A stretch of 64,000 nt of DNA from a bacterium (lineage in GTDB: Bacteria; Hinthialibacterota; Hinthialibacteria; Hinthialibacterales; Hinthialibacteraceae): assembly GCA_963662285.2 (NCBI GenBank), contig CAXXMV010000006.1, forward strand, positions 1,376,001-1,440,000, read 5' to 3'. Position numbers and translations under genes: made by a program. Position 1 is the first letter of the stretch. The number at the start of each line of letters is the position of its first letter. Positions 10,610 through 21,455 of this stretch are shown one piece after another. The notes below the pieces were generated by a model. The model saw nothing but the letters and a program-made list of their open reading frames with translations, searched no databases and was not told the DNA's origin.

Positions 10610-10996
10610 TTAGTTATACTTAATCTCAATGTGTTTTGGTTTGGCCTCTTCGATTTTGGGAAGAGTAATATTCAAAACCCCATGTTTAAGCGCCGCTGTG
10701 ATATGCTCTGTATCAACCTTATCGGATAATTCGAATCGTCTCTGATAGTTCACCAGTTCAAATTCTGTATATACCCGGTCGCCGCTAAAAGCGGATTGCG
10801 CTTTGCCTTCAATGGTAAGAATTCCATCTTTTACATCGACGGACATGGATTCCTGATTCACTCCCGGCATATCGGCCTTGATCGTGAAGGCATCCTTGTC
10901 TTCCAATATATCCACTGGAGGAGCAACGTATCTTGCCGCTGCTTTTCCATCGGTTAGTGCGTTTTGATCTGCAATCGTCTTGGTTATTCCAAACAT
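10610..10996 (-). CDS. small heat-shock protein Hsp20/alpha-crystallin
   Basis: PPVDILE..ADMPGV..YQRRFEL..ALKHGVLNITLPK..IEI; start at ATG 10996 after GGAGG. Confidence 0.9.
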   Translation of the reverse strand: MFGITKTIADQNALTDGKAAARYVAPPVDILEDKDAFTIKADMPGVNQESMSVDVKDGILTIEGKAQSAFSGDRVYTEFELVNYQRRFELSDKVDTEHITAALKHGVLNITLPKIEEAKPKHIEIKYN

Positions 10997-11034
10997 GATT
11001 CTTGCCTCCAATTAAGTTTTTCGCTTATCAATCT

Positions 11035-11493
11035 TTAAGAAATTTTTACTGCAATAGACATTGGTTTGGTCTTTTCCGCTTTCGATAACCCGATCAGCAG
11101 AATACCGTTTTTGTACTGAGCTTCAGCCTTTTGGGCATCTACGTCTGCAGGCAGTTTAATTGTTCTGACAAACTTGCCTTTGGAGCGTTCTGTACGAAGA
11201 GAATTGTCTGCGTTTTGTTGGTGATTAGATTCTGTTTCTCCTGAGATCGATAGAACATTATCGGTTAATGTGACCTCAATCTTTTCGGGATCAATGCCCG
11301 GCGCCACCGCTTCAACATACAATTTCTCTTCATTGTTGTAGATGTTTATTTTTGGATAACTTGATGCAACAGGTCTGGATGCAAACGCATTCGCCATACG
11401 GTTATGGTTATTGACTTTGCATGCTGAGTTAAACATGCGGTTAATTTCGTTGCTCAGAATATCTAGTTCTAAGAATGGATTATTGTAAGTCAT
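11035..11493 (-). CDS. small heat-shock protein Hsp20/alpha-crystallin
   Basis: YPKINI..APGIDPEKIEV..ERSKGKFVRTIKLP..YKNGIL..IAV. Confidence 0.9.
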   Translation of the reverse strand: MTYNNPFLELDILSNEINRMFNSACKVNNHNRMANAFASRPVASSYPKINIYNNEEKLYVEAVAPGIDPEKIEVTLTDNVLSISGETESNHQQNADNSLRTERSKGKFVRTIKLPADVDAQKAEAQYKNGILLIGLSKAEKTKPMSIAVKIS

Positions 11494-11580
11494 TTTTTTT
11501 GTACCCCCTTGGGTATTATTTTCTGTTTTATTCTGTTTGTTTTTGTGTGCGTACGCTTAATAACTACATCAACACATTAA

Positions 11581-11596
11581 CACAAAATACGTGCCA
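11581..11596 (-). promoter_or_regulatory. putative sigma-54 (-24/-12) promoter of the hsp20 pair
   Basis: Minus strand TGGCACGTATTTTGTG versus consensus TGGCACG-N4-TTGCW (mismatch in the -12 element), ~90 bp upstream of the start. Confidence 0.45.
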
Positions 11597-11706
11597 TTTA
11601 TGTAAGTTAAGTATTCGTAGAGGTATGAGTACAAATGAGCTGGTTTTTAGGGTGTGTCGTTTTGGCGCGAATTATACTTTCTTGAGTCGAAAGGATAGTG
11701 TGTGGC

Positions 11707-11747
11707 ATACAAAAATCCCTCTCCGTTAAGAAGAGGGATTTTTGTAT
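11707..11747 (-). terminator. terminator hairpin after the 1862-aa gene
   Basis: atacaaaaatccctct...agagggatttttgtat 16-bp stem. Confidence 0.8.
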
Positions 11748-11782
11748 TGCGGTCTTTATAGAATATAGATTTTAATGATTTT

Positions 11783-14700
11783 TTAATAAACCATCCAGAT
11801 ATCAATGCTGGTAGTTTCGGCGCCGGGAGAGGGCGCCGCGGCTATCCAATTTGCAGGATCGTTGCCTGATCGTTCTGCCGATAACCTTTGCAATGACATG
11901 CCTTGGCCTGATGCTTCAATCGGCCAGGGCGCCGCATGAAAATAAATCGCTTCGTCGATTATGTTCCATGAGATGTTCCCGCCTTCATCGGTTAATACAA
12001 CTGATTGAGGTTTTTCCAGAGCGATCCGTTCGCCTTTGTTGGATAACTTACCTTCATAAGGTCCAAGAATAGTAATGCTCGAATCTACTATACCAAATTT
12101 TGTATAGAATAAATCTAATGAATTTTGATCGGTTGGATCGAAATCTACTATAAGCAGTTGCTCTCCGGGAGCTAGTGATACGCTATCGGGGAAAGTGAAG
12201 CCTATTCCGCCGTCAATGCGCCAGGGGCCATTCTGGTTTTGCAATTCTACTACCTTATCAATTGGATTCATTAGTTCAATAAATTCTCCAATTGGAATAT
12301 CCGCCGAGTCAACCGTCCCGGTATAATACATGATCTCATTGATGATTATGTCAGGATTGCCAGGAGCGTTGGCTTGATTTTTAGTAAGAGGCATTGCCAC
12401 CAGGAAGGGGTTGCCATCTTCGAAACGTCCCAAAGAACGATCAGTAATTTGCGCCTTAAAAGATACTGCATCGACCACCCGGTCTACGCCGGATTGGCCT
12501 GGCAGGTAAGAGAGATATAAGGATTCTCCATCTTTGCTTAGCCCAAATCCACTGCCGGATGGATTGTTGAAATCAGTTAATTCATTGAAAGTGATAAAAC
12601 CTCCAGCCGGGATTTCGATAGCGGGAAGCGCCCATTTGCGCAGGTCGCTATCATCATCACTGAGATGCCAGTCGCCCAGGTGGATGGTTGATGAAGAATT
12701 ATTGTATAACTCAATCCAGTCGTTTGTTGAAGCATCCTCTGATGAAGAAGAATTGGCCAGAAATTCGTTGATCACTATACTGGATAGACGATTTGCATCC
12801 GGTGATCCCGGAGAACCACCGAGAGCGAAACTGGTTTGCCAGTTGCCGCCGTAATCCAGAGAACCATCTTGCTGAGTGGGAATAGCGCTGGTAATGGGAA
12901 CCAGGGAATGTCCGGCGCCGTCAGCTGCGATAGGCCAACCTCTTCCATCGCTATAGTTGAATGATATGACGTCCTGATTATCCACTATTGTCGAAAGGGT
13001 GATTTGTTCTCCAGAGTTGGATAATTTACCGGAGTATGGTCCGATGATTGTGGTTGAAGCATCCAACCCGTAGTATTCTCTAAAAGCGTTGATGGCCTCA
13101 GTATTTTCAGCCAGGGAAACCAGGATATAACCATTAGCTGGAATGTGAACGCCATTATTGATAATCATCTCTATGCCGTTGGTGAATGACAGTCCGTTGA
13201 GCGATAGATCGGAGGTTGGATGGGTGTTATGTAATTCGATGAATTCAAAGTCGCCGTTATCAGCCGGGTTGTACATCACCTCAGTGATGCGTAGATTTTC
13301 CGCAATAGACGCAACGCTGGATGGCTGTGATTTAACCATAAACGAAGCTTGATTCAAAGCGCTCCAATCACCGTTTAAGAAGGTGCGCGCTTTGACGGTG
13401 GAGTTTTCGGTGATCAGCACTGCACTATCAAAGAGTTTGGCTGATTGGGTGTTGATGGCGCCATCTACCATACGAGGATCTGATCCATCCAACGTGTAAT
13501 AGATTGGAATCACAAGCGGCTCGTCTTTAGGTTTAGGTTGGGATGAGTTAAGCGATAAGCCGAATACTATGTCGCTGCTGGTTGCGTTAACCTGGTGAAC
13601 TTCTACCGCAATAATGTTTTGCCCTTTTTGCAGTAGTTCTTTGGGGATGATGAATGGACCCTCATATTGTGCGTTGGTTATGGTCAGGTTGGCGAAGGTT
13701 GAATAATCAACGGCGCCGCCTGACATGTGTACGCGCAGCGCTTCAATGCCATTTATATAAACGATTAGTCCGTCATCAACAAAAGTATTAATTTCGAAAG
13801 TACTCAAGTCTAGATCAATGTCATTTGAAATAATGAATTCCTTGCGGAAATAGTAGGTAACTTGACCTATTTGTAATTCAGTGTTCTTTTGCGCCTCCAA
13901 TGCTGTGTTTTCATGATAAAGCAGCGCTTTGCCGGATGGCCATTGAGCATCGTCATAGTCTGGATTCCTCCATGTTATACCCAAATCACTGCCGGATTGT
14001 TCGTATTTCCATGAATCATCGATTTTAATAATCGGAGTCGTAATCATCTCTTGATCTATGGATTCTTCCAGGGTCATTTTTAAGTCAAAATTGTATTCGA
14101 CTATTCCGCCATGTTGGTTGAAGGATGGCGCTGGAATGCCGGGGTAGTAACCGGCGGTTTTCAGCTGGTTTAATACGTTGGTCGTTCTGACCGGGAAATA
14201 TGTTGTCAGCAGACGATTGGTTTCTTTCAACCATTCATTATCGCGCGTCTTGGGGCTTCCTCCACTGACGTCTCCCCAACGGGCCGATTCTCCCACCATG
14301 GGGCGATACATAATATCTACTAGTTTTTGGTATCGCGCGGTTGCGGCGGTAGTTGTCAGGCCGCCGTCATTAAAGAAATGTTGGTGGATGCGGTCAGCCA
14401 ACCGCATTTTGAATTTCTGACTGGACATCAGTTTCAGGAAAATAAACGAGGGATCGTCGTATCCCTTGGTATGGAAGGTAATCACATTCCTGTCAGGTTC
14501 TTCGAGGGTCCACTCGGAATCCCAGCAGAAGAAATGGAAGCCGGCGCCCGGTTGCCGACGCCGGTTGGAGTAGAAATTCCAGGGCGTCCCGCCTCCACCG
14601 ATGACCGTAGGCGCATCACGGTTGCCGGTGAAATAAATGACCAACATGTAATCAATTAAACTATCGATATCTACATATTGCTGGATGGCTTCATATTTCG

Positions 14701-17371
14701 AGTCATCCTGGAATCCGCCAGCCCGGGCTAGAGTCATCATTGCGTTCCAGGCGTCTTTGTTTCCTGCTTTGACCTGGGTGGCGTTGATGCCTCGCGTGCC
14801 GCTGGTTACAACGTCGTATTCTTCTTTTTCGCCGCCAAAATATTCCGCGCCGAATCCATCATCAGGACGTTCGCAGAGGTCATATACTCCCCAATATAAT
14901 CCGTTCAAATATAGATGAACGAATCGTCCATGCGATGCGGCCTGTCCGGTGCTTAATTGGCAGCGCCGCGAGAATTCATCGCGTAGATAATCGGCGCGGG
15001 CTATGTTGCTGCCAAAACCGCCTTCGCCGCCATGCCAGGTGTAGTTATAGCCGCCGCGCAGCACCAGTTGATCGAATTTATCTACTGAAGAGTCGTCAAA
15101 CATTTGGTAGCGTAGCGTAGCGGGGCCATAGTCGCGCTTAAACAACATACGGAATGAATGCTTTTTTTTATCTGACGAGCGGCTGTAACCGCCTTGGATG
15201 CGGATGCCATTGTTGATCTGGAATCCTGGCTGGCTGTCGTCGGAGAAGAAAAATTCTGTAGAACTTGGTCGTTCCCAGGCTACGCCTTTGTTGTCGGTGT
15301 GAAGATAGATGCCAGTTCTGGAATCAAATAAATTACCGGGATCTGTGACAATTGACATGATAGGCAGCGACTTCATGTCGTCTTTGATGGCATCACGGTA
15401 ACTTGAATTATTAACCACGTCGGGATCGATGTCATAATCAGCATTGACGCCGCCGCCCCATTTTGCGGGGTAACTATCATGGCGTTTTTGGATCAACACG
15501 TCGTCCAGGAAAATATAGGTTTGGGTATTGATATCTCCCGGTTCATAGTCTGGTTTGATGACCCTGGCTCGAAGGGGCGTTGTTTTGCTGATGAGAATCG
15601 GTTGGGAATAAATCGTTCCATTTTCCATTGATGGTTCTGAGCCGTCGGTGGTGAAACGTATGATGTCCTGATCATCTGTAGTGGTTAATTGAAGATTGAA
15701 TGGATCATCACAAAAGCTATGTTTATGACTGAATTGAACCTGGTTGACGAAACCGATAACGCCTTCGCCATTGATTGATCCCGGTGTTGGTGGATTGAAA
15801 AAGCGTGGTTGATCTTTCAGAACGGCTATACCGGATAATTCAGCCTGGATCAGAAATTCCTCATCATCAATGGCATGGTTAAAGCCCTGAATGGCTAGAA
15901 GATTAGCGCCAGTTTTTAAAAGAGCGGCAGCGTTTACCAAAGATATTTCTTCCAAGGCCAGTGATTCGGAGATAGAGCGGGGCGCCGGAGCGGTGGAATC
16001 CCATGCGGCATTATCGGGCGCATTGCGTGATGCGATTTTCTGTCCATTCAAATAAGCGATGAAGCCGTCGTTATACCGCATGCGCAACAGAAGGTTGTAG
16101 TCTAGTGCGGCGTCATCAACTTCAAACGGGATGCGTAGTAAGGCGGAAGACGCCTTATCTTTCATAGTTGTTTGCATATCCCGGCCGATCAAAGAACTGA
16201 AACCTTCAAGACCAAGACCGCCGGAATCGCCAACTAATCTAAAACGGGATGATTGGAATGAAGAGTACTGTCCTTTAGCGGCGAACAGTTCAACTTCCGC
16301 GCCGCCATTGAGCTCGAAAAAAATAAGTTCGACGAGATGGCCCCCAGCGGAAAGATTGACTGAGGCGAAAGTATCCTGAGCGCCATGAGTCGTGTTATCA
16401 ACAATAACGTCTTTTCCATCAATGCGCAGTTGAGCTCCGTCATCAGAATTGATGCCGAATGTCCAGGCGCCCGTTTCGGGGATTACTATATCAGCTGTGG
16501 CGTGTAGAACGAAATTGTTGGCGTCCTCACTCGCCGTTTGACCGGGGAATGGAGAGTTATCGGTGAAATGACCATCTTCCTGGTTGTCCATGTAATTTAT
16601 TACGTTTGTTGTTTCGGAAGAGATGCCGATTTGCAGGTTAGGATCGTTAATAACTTTTATAGCTGTATCTAGATTTATGACGTTGGTATTGGATAGATAA
16701 ACCGTTACTGTAAATTCACCGCTGGTAGTTCCATAACCGACGCCGAGAGTTGTTTCATCCCAACTAGAATGGTTGAAATTTGGATCAATCCACGATTGGC
16801 CGAGTGAATCATCGCTTGGAACCAAGACGCGTATGGGTGATGAAGCTGAGATGAATGAAAATATTTTGGCTTTTTCACCATAGGAGAAACCATCTTTAGG
16901 CGTGTTCTGATCAGGATAGGGAGCGTATTGATGTATGATGGTCTGGCCGTCTGAGTGGATTAAAGCCAGGTTTTCTCCGGCTGGATCGAGGCGGAAATTG
17001 GTATGCAAAGGTTGATTCGCTTCAGCACGGTCTTTGCCTGATGCAAAGACCAACAGAAATTTTCCCGGTTCAAGGATTACTGTTGGAAAGGTCCACAAGG
17101 TTGGATTTCCAGGATCGTCTGATAGATGCCAACCTTTAAGATTGGCGGTTTCTGATCCGGCGTTAAATATTTCTATCCAGTCTGGATAATCTCCATCTTC
17201 ATCGGCGTAAGTACGGTTGCCATCCGCCATGAATTCTGATATTCGAATATCGTAGTTCATATCTTGAGCAAAAGAGTAAGATGTGAAGCAGAGGATTAGC
17301 AGAAGCGCTGGTAAAACTTTCCTGGCAACGCTGGATTTGTTTTTATCATAAATAAAGTAATTCATTCTCAT
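11783..17371 (-). CDS. large secreted lamin-tail-domain / PA14 / CotH-kinase protein with C-terminal W-x-x-Y motif
   Basis: Sec signal; four LTD repeats (ISEFMAD/ITEVMYN/INEFLAN/INEIMY..DWIE/EFIE); PA14 (SDDG..L.IDG); FTTDGSEP and YTLDGSDP Fn3-like domains; CotH core (LNGLYWGVY..ER, WDSE); ends TTSIDIWMVY. Confidence 0.85.
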   Translation of the reverse strand: MRMNYFIYDKNKSSVARKVLPALLLILCFTSYSFAQDMNYDIRISEFMADGNRTYADEDGDYPDWIEIFNAGSETANLKGWHLSDDPGNPTLWTFPTVILEPGKFLLVFASGKDRAEANQPLHTNFRLDPAGENLALIHSDGQTIIHQYAPYPDQNTPKDGFSYGEKAKIFSFISASSPIRVLVPSDDSLGQSWIDPNFNHSSWDETTLGVGYGTTSGEFTVTVYLSNTNVINLDTAIKVINDPNLQIGISSETTNVINYMDNQEDGHFTDNSPFPGQTASEDANNFVLHATADIVIPETGAWTFGINSDDGAQLRIDGKDVIVDNTTHGAQDTFASVNLSAGGHLVELIFFELNGGAEVELFAAKGQYSSFQSSRFRLVGDSGGLGLEGFSSLIGRDMQTTMKDKASSALLRIPFEVDDAALDYNLLLRMRYNDGFIAYLNGQKIASRNAPDNAAWDSTAPAPRSISESLALEEISLVNAAALLKTGANLLAIQGFNHAIDDEEFLIQAELSGIAVLKDQPRFFNPPTPGSINGEGVIGFVNQVQFSHKHSFCDDPFNLQLTTTDDQDIIRFTTDGSEPSMENGTIYSQPILISKTTPLRARVIKPDYEPGDINTQTYIFLDDVLIQKRHDSYPAKWGGGVNADYDIDPDVVNNSSYRDAIKDDMKSLPIMSIVTDPGNLFDSRTGIYLHTDNKGVAWERPSSTEFFFSDDSQPGFQINNGIRIQGGYSRSSDKKKHSFRMLFKRDYGPATLRYQMFDDSSVDKFDQLVLRGGYNYTWHGGEGGFGSNIARADYLRDEFSRRCQLSTGQAASHGRFVHLYLNGLYWGVYDLCERPDDGFGAEYFGGEKEEYDVVTSGTRGINATQVKAGNKDAWNAMMTLARAGGFQDDSKYEAIQQYVDIDSLIDYMLVIYFTGNRDAPTVIGGGGTPWNFYSNRRRQPGAGFHFFCWDSEWTLEEPDRNVITFHTKGYDDPSFIFLKLMSSQKFKMRLADRIHQHFFNDGGLTTTAATARYQKLVDIMYRPMVGESARWGDVSGGSPKTRDNEWLKETNRLLTTYFPVRTTNVLNQLKTAGYYPGIPAPSFNQHGGIVEYNFDLKMTLEESIDQEMITTPIIKIDDSWKYEQSGSDLGITWRNPDYDDAQWPSGKALLYHENTALEAQKNTELQIGQVTYYFRKEFIISNDIDLDLSTFEINTFVDDGLIVYINGIEALRVHMSGGAVDYSTFANLTITNAQYEGPFIIPKELLQKGQNIIAVEVHQVNATSSDIVFGLSLNSSQPKPKDEPLVIPIYYTLDGSDPRMVDGAINTQSAKLFDSAVLITENSTVKARTFLNGDWSALNQASFMVKSQPSSVASIAENLRITEVMYNPADNGDFEFIELHNTHPTSDLSLNGLSFTNGIEMIINNGVHIPANGYILVSLAENTEAINAFREYYGLDASTTIIGPYSGKLSNSGEQITLSTIVDNQDVISFNYSDGRGWPIAADGAGHSLVPITSAIPTQQDGSLDYGGNWQTSFALGGSPGSPDANRLSSIVINEFLANSSSSEDASTNDWIELYNNSSSTIHLGDWHLSDDDSDLRKWALPAIEIPAGGFITFNELTDFNNPSGSGFGLSKDGESLYLSYLPGQSGVDRVVDAVSFKAQITDRSLGRFEDGNPFLVAMPLTKNQANAPGNPDIIINEIMYYTGTVDSADIPIGEFIELMNPIDKVVELQNQNGPWRIDGGIGFTFPDSVSLAPGEQLLIVDFDPTDQNSLDLFYTKFGIVDSSITILGPYEGKLSNKGERIALEKPQSVVLTDEGGNISWNIIDEAIYFHAAPWPIEASGQGMSLQRLSAERSGNDPANWIAAAPSPGAETTSIDIWMVY

Positions 17372-17730
17372 TAATACGTTTCCTTATCTGAATATAAAAA
17401 TAGAGGATTAGAATCTAATCGATTCATAATATTCGTATATTTACAATATAGTATGGATACAACGATCCTGTCCCACAATATTGAGTTGTACTTTAGTATA
17501 TTTATTAATTCTGATAAATGAATCGATAGAATGATGTGAACTATATTAGAAGGATTTTTAAGACTAAAAGAGTAGAGACATAATTTGCAGATTTTAGGAT
17601 TATGTAAAATTTTAATACAAGAAAAAATAGATTTGTTATCATTTAACTATCGTATAAAAAGCAAGAACTGTTAGAATATAGGTAATAGTATATTATCAGG
17701 AAACTTATTTGGACTTGTTGAAATTAATCA

Positions 17731-20469
17731 ATGATAGAAATTAATTTTACTTCAGTTTTAGAAAGATTTATAAACTCTCGTAAGAAATTCTTCCGGGTTT
17801 TTTCGATTTTATTAACCATTCTTCTTCTCTCAATTCTTTCTAAATTAGGTTTTGCTGAATCGCTTGCGTCCTGGAGTGATTCAAATATGAATCAAGGTGT
17901 GATTCAAGCATATAATCAAAATCCAACAATAGATAATAATGAAGGTTTGCATGCGATTCATAGTGAGGTAGAGAGTGTTCCTATGGTGCGTTTAGTTCCT
18001 GCACATGTTCCTATCTATAACAGAATTTGGTTTAAACCTCTTTTATATTGCCTATTAACGTTTTTAGTTTTATCGGGATTATTGTTGTTTTATTCAAGAA
18101 GAAAATTAGTGCAATACGCCAATGATCTTGAAATTAAGATTAATAATCGGACTGCTGTACTGCGACAGAATGAAGAGCGTTTTCTGACCGTGATTCAATC
18201 TAGCAAAGACGCCATGATTGAGATCAATTCTCAAGGATTAATTACATTATTTAATCATGCATCGGAAGAGATGTTTATGAGAAAAGCCGATGATGTTATG
18301 GGGCGAAAACCAGATATTCTTATGCCTGAGAAGTATAGAGACTTCCATCACGATTATGTTATTAATTACTTCTCAACCGGCAGTCCAAACAAGGCTGTTG
18401 GTCGAACGGTGGAATTAATCGCTTTACGAAGCAATGGACAAGAATTCCCTATTGACCTGACCTTGTCGTCTGGACAGCATGGCAATGAACAGTTTGTTTT
18501 AGCAATTATTCGTGATATCACAGTGCGAAAAAGAAATCAACAAGCTCTGGAAGAGAGAGAAAAAACTTTTAGAGAAGCTATTGAAGTGGCTGGCGCCATA
18601 CCTTATTACCAGAACTATGCAGAGAATACTTATGATTTTTCTACTAATGGTATAGAGGATTTGGTTGGTTATCCAAAAGATGAACTTACGCCTGATATTT
18701 GGGAATCATTGACCGAAGAAATAATTCTCAAGGGTGACCATCAGAATTTGTCTTTAGATGAAGCGGTTAAAAAGGCTCGTGGTGAAGAAGGGCTGAGCTG
18801 GCGTGCAGACTACCGCATACGAACAAGAACTGGCCAGGAAAAATGGGTAGCGAATTCAGCTGTACAGATTCGAGATGAAAATGGAGTTGTGGTTGGTTCT
18901 TTTGGAATCCTGCAGGATATCACAGAAAGAAAAGAGGTTGAAGAAAACTTGCGGGAATACCGTGAGCGGCTTGACGCCGTTTTGGAATCGGTTCCTTTAC
19001 CTTTATTTGCGAAGGATAGAGAAGGTCGTTACATCATAGTTAATCCGGCCTTTGTGGATTTTTTTGGAATTCCCGAAGATGATTTAATTGGGAGAACCAC
19101 TGAAGATTGTTTTGATAACAAAGAATCCTATATCCATCATTTAAATGATCTCGAGTTGATGGACGAGGATAATTTCAGGGTTTATGAGAATCGGGTGAAG
19201 AATAGTCATGGAAAAGAGCGTGAAGTTGTTTTCACCAAGGCTTGTTTTCATGATGCTGATGGTTGCGTCAAAGGTTTGGTCGGTACTTTATTTGATATTA
19301 CTGACCGCAAGAGCCTGGAAGAACAGCTGGTGCAGTCGCAGAAGATGGAAGCTGTCGGGCAATTGGCTGGTGGAATAGCGCATGATTTTAATAATCTTCT
19401 TACCGGTATCCTTGGTTACAGCGAATTGATGCTGATAAAAATGCATGATAATGATCCTAATTATCGTCCTGTATCTGAAATAAAAAGAGCCAGTGAATCG
19501 GCTGCTTCACTTATACGCCAACTGCTGGCTTTCAGCCGCAAGCAAATACTTGAACCTGAGGTTATCAATCTTAACGATTTAATTATTAATATGGACAAAA
19601 TGTTGAGAAGGATTATTGGCGAAGATATTGAACTGGTTACGCTGGTTGATTTGAATACCGGTAATATTAAGGCTGATCCGGGACAGATCGAACAAATAAT
19701 TCTGAATCTATCCATTAATGCCCGCGATGCAATGCCTGGATGTGGAAAACTCACCATTGAAACTTCAGATGTCATCTTGAATGAATCCTATACGGTCAGC
19801 CATTCTGAAGTTAAGCCAGGCGAATATGTATTACTGACTGTCAGTGATACTGGTCATGGGATGGATAAAAAGACCCAGGATATGATCTTTGAACCTTTCT
19901 TTACCACTAAGGCGAAAGGGAAGGGAACGGGATTAGGACTCTCTACCGTTTATGGAATTGTTAAACAGAGCGGAGGGCATATCTACGTTTATAGCGAAAT
20001 TGACAGTGGATCTTCCTTTAAAATATATTTTCCACGAGTTGCTGATAAAATTTCATCCATCAAATTTGACAATATGGAGGAAACTGATTTAAACGGTAAT
20101 GAGACGATATTGTTAGTGGAAGATGAGGATGTAGTGCGTGAGATGGTATCAAGAGTTTTAAAGAGTTATGGTTATTATGTTATCGAAGCCAGTTATCACG
20201 TTGAAGCGGAAGAAGCCTTTGAAAAGTATCAGGGAATGATCGATTTGCTGGTTACGGATGTTATTATGCCGCAAATGAGCGGTAAAGAACTCGCACATAA
20301 TTTATTAATAATCAATCCAGATTTAAAGGTATTGTATATGTCGGGTTATACAGATGGCGCTATTGTTCATCATGGCGTATTAGATAAAGGGCTGAATTTT
20401 ATTCAAAAGCCTTTTATGCCCGAGGCATTGGCGCAGAAAATTCGCGACGTGCTTGATGGACGATGTTGA
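17731..20469 (+). CDS. membrane-anchored multi-PAS hybrid histidine kinase/receiver (CckA-like)
   Basis: Three PAS/PAC domains ending DIT.RK; LAGGIAHDFNN H-box; NARDAM, DTGHG, FEPFFTTK, GTGLGL; C-terminal REC (LLVEDE..DVIMP..KP). Confidence 0.92.
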   Translation: MIEINFTSVLERFINSRKKFFRVFSILLTILLLSILSKLGFAESLASWSDSNMNQGVIQAYNQNPTIDNNEGLHAIHSEVESVPMVRLVPAHVPIYNRIWFKPLLYCLLTFLVLSGLLLFYSRRKLVQYANDLEIKINNRTAVLRQNEERFLTVIQSSKDAMIEINSQGLITLFNHASEEMFMRKADDVMGRKPDILMPEKYRDFHHDYVINYFSTGSPNKAVGRTVELIALRSNGQEFPIDLTLSSGQHGNEQFVLAIIRDITVRKRNQQALEEREKTFREAIEVAGAIPYYQNYAENTYDFSTNGIEDLVGYPKDELTPDIWESLTEEIILKGDHQNLSLDEAVKKARGEEGLSWRADYRIRTRTGQEKWVANSAVQIRDENGVVVGSFGILQDITERKEVEENLREYRERLDAVLESVPLPLFAKDREGRYIIVNPAFVDFFGIPEDDLIGRTTEDCFDNKESYIHHLNDLELMDEDNFRVYENRVKNSHGKEREVVFTKACFHDADGCVKGLVGTLFDITDRKSLEEQLVQSQKMEAVGQLAGGIAHDFNNLLTGILGYSELMLIKMHDNDPNYRPVSEIKRASESAASLIRQLLAFSRKQILEPEVINLNDLIINMDKMLRRIIGEDIELVTLVDLNTGNIKADPGQIEQIILNLSINARDAMPGCGKLTIETSDVILNESYTVSHSEVKPGEYVLLTVSDTGHGMDKKTQDMIFEPFFTTKAKGKGTGLGLSTVYGIVKQSGGHIYVYSEIDSGSSFKIYFPRVADKISSIKFDNMEETDLNGNETILLVEDEDVVREMVSRVLKSYGYYVIEASYHVEAEEAFEKYQGMIDLLVTDVIMPQMSGKELAHNLLIINPDLKVLYMSGYTDGAIVHHGVLDKGLNFIQKPFMPEALAQKIRDVLDGRC

Positions 20470-20514
20470 TTATAACTTGATTCTCTCCTTATCGATTCAT
20501 CGCACAGCCTGTCC

Positions 20515-21168
20515 CTAATCAATTCCCCGGTTGGTAAGCATGATGTCGCCCCGGCTGGCGATTCCATTGCTCACGGCGTATTTGCTGCCGCGTGCGTTTG
20601 AGGTCGCGTCGGTCCATGATTGGCCGTACCATTCCCCATCAGGTCCGATTCCCCCAATAGCCCAGTCTCCAGGTTTTAATGGCTTGTTGCCATATAACTC
20701 AGCAGTATTCTCTTTGTAGGCGGGGAAATCATGATCGTCGCCTGTGAATGCAGCATCGTTATCCACATAGTAGTAATAACCCTGTGGTTTCTGGAAGGGA
20801 TCGTATGGAATGGATGACATATAGGCTATCGGGCTGGTCAGCGGCGCCAACACGGCCTGGTTTCCACGCGCTTCGAAATCCGGTCCAGCTCCAACCATAT
20901 TAAAAATTGTGCGCAGGCGTTCGTGCCCTTCTTCCAGGTCATCATCCCACCAATCAATCAGCAGCACGCCTTTATCTAATCGTAAAATTTCGATTGTTGT
21001 TCCCAAGGCTTTCATATCGGCGTAGCATCGGGCGCTTTTGGCCCGAATTTGGGCGTTCAAGAAGTTTGGAACTGCTATGGCCGCCAAGATACCGATAATG
21101 GCCACCACTATCAGTAATTCGATTAATGTGAAAGCGCGTTTGTTTGGCATTGCATTATCCATATTCAC
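20515..21168 (-). CDS. prepilin-type N-terminal cleavage/methylation domain protein (GspG-like pseudopilin)
   Basis: KRA|FTLIELLIVVAIIGILAAIAVPNF class III signal; LTSPIAYMSSIPYDPF; GIGPDG..YAVSNGIASRGDI; true start may be ATG 21150. Confidence 0.85.
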   Translation of the reverse strand: MNMDNAMPNKRAFTLIELLIVVAIIGILAAIAVPNFLNAQIRAKSARCYADMKALGTTIEILRLDKGVLLIDWWDDDLEEGHERLRTIFNMVGAGPDFEARGNQAVLAPLTSPIAYMSSIPYDPFQKPQGYYYYVDNDAAFTGDDHDFPAYKENTAELYGNKPLKPGDWAIGGIGPDGEWYGQSWTDATSNARGSKYAVSNGIASRGDIMLTNRGID

Positions 21169-21261
21169 AGGCGTTTTTTGAAAATCGTTCCCCGTTCATA
21201 TTATAGATGTTTTTTTCTACTTGTATTTGAAATGTTTTCCTTTATAATTCATTCCGACATA

Positions 21262-21455
21262 CTTGATACGGTAATCCGCCATGCCTGGATTGTTTAATTC
21301 AACGCATTACGGATTATAGGGAAGCCGGTGTGAGTCCGGCGCGGTCCCGCCACTGTTATTGGTCATGCCTCGACTGTTTATCCACTGTCCGTTTAAGATG
21401 GATGGGAAGGAGGACGAGGATAACGGCCATAAGCCAGGAGACCTGCCGTATATGA
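21262..21455 (+). ncRNA. cobalamin (AdoCbl) riboswitch
   Basis: AGGGAAGCCGGTGTGAGTCCGGCGCGGTCCCGCCACTGT (21318-21356), CCACTG...TGGGAAGG, B12 box AAGCCAGGAGACCTGCC (21431-21447), P1 atacgg/ccgtat. Confidence 0.95.
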
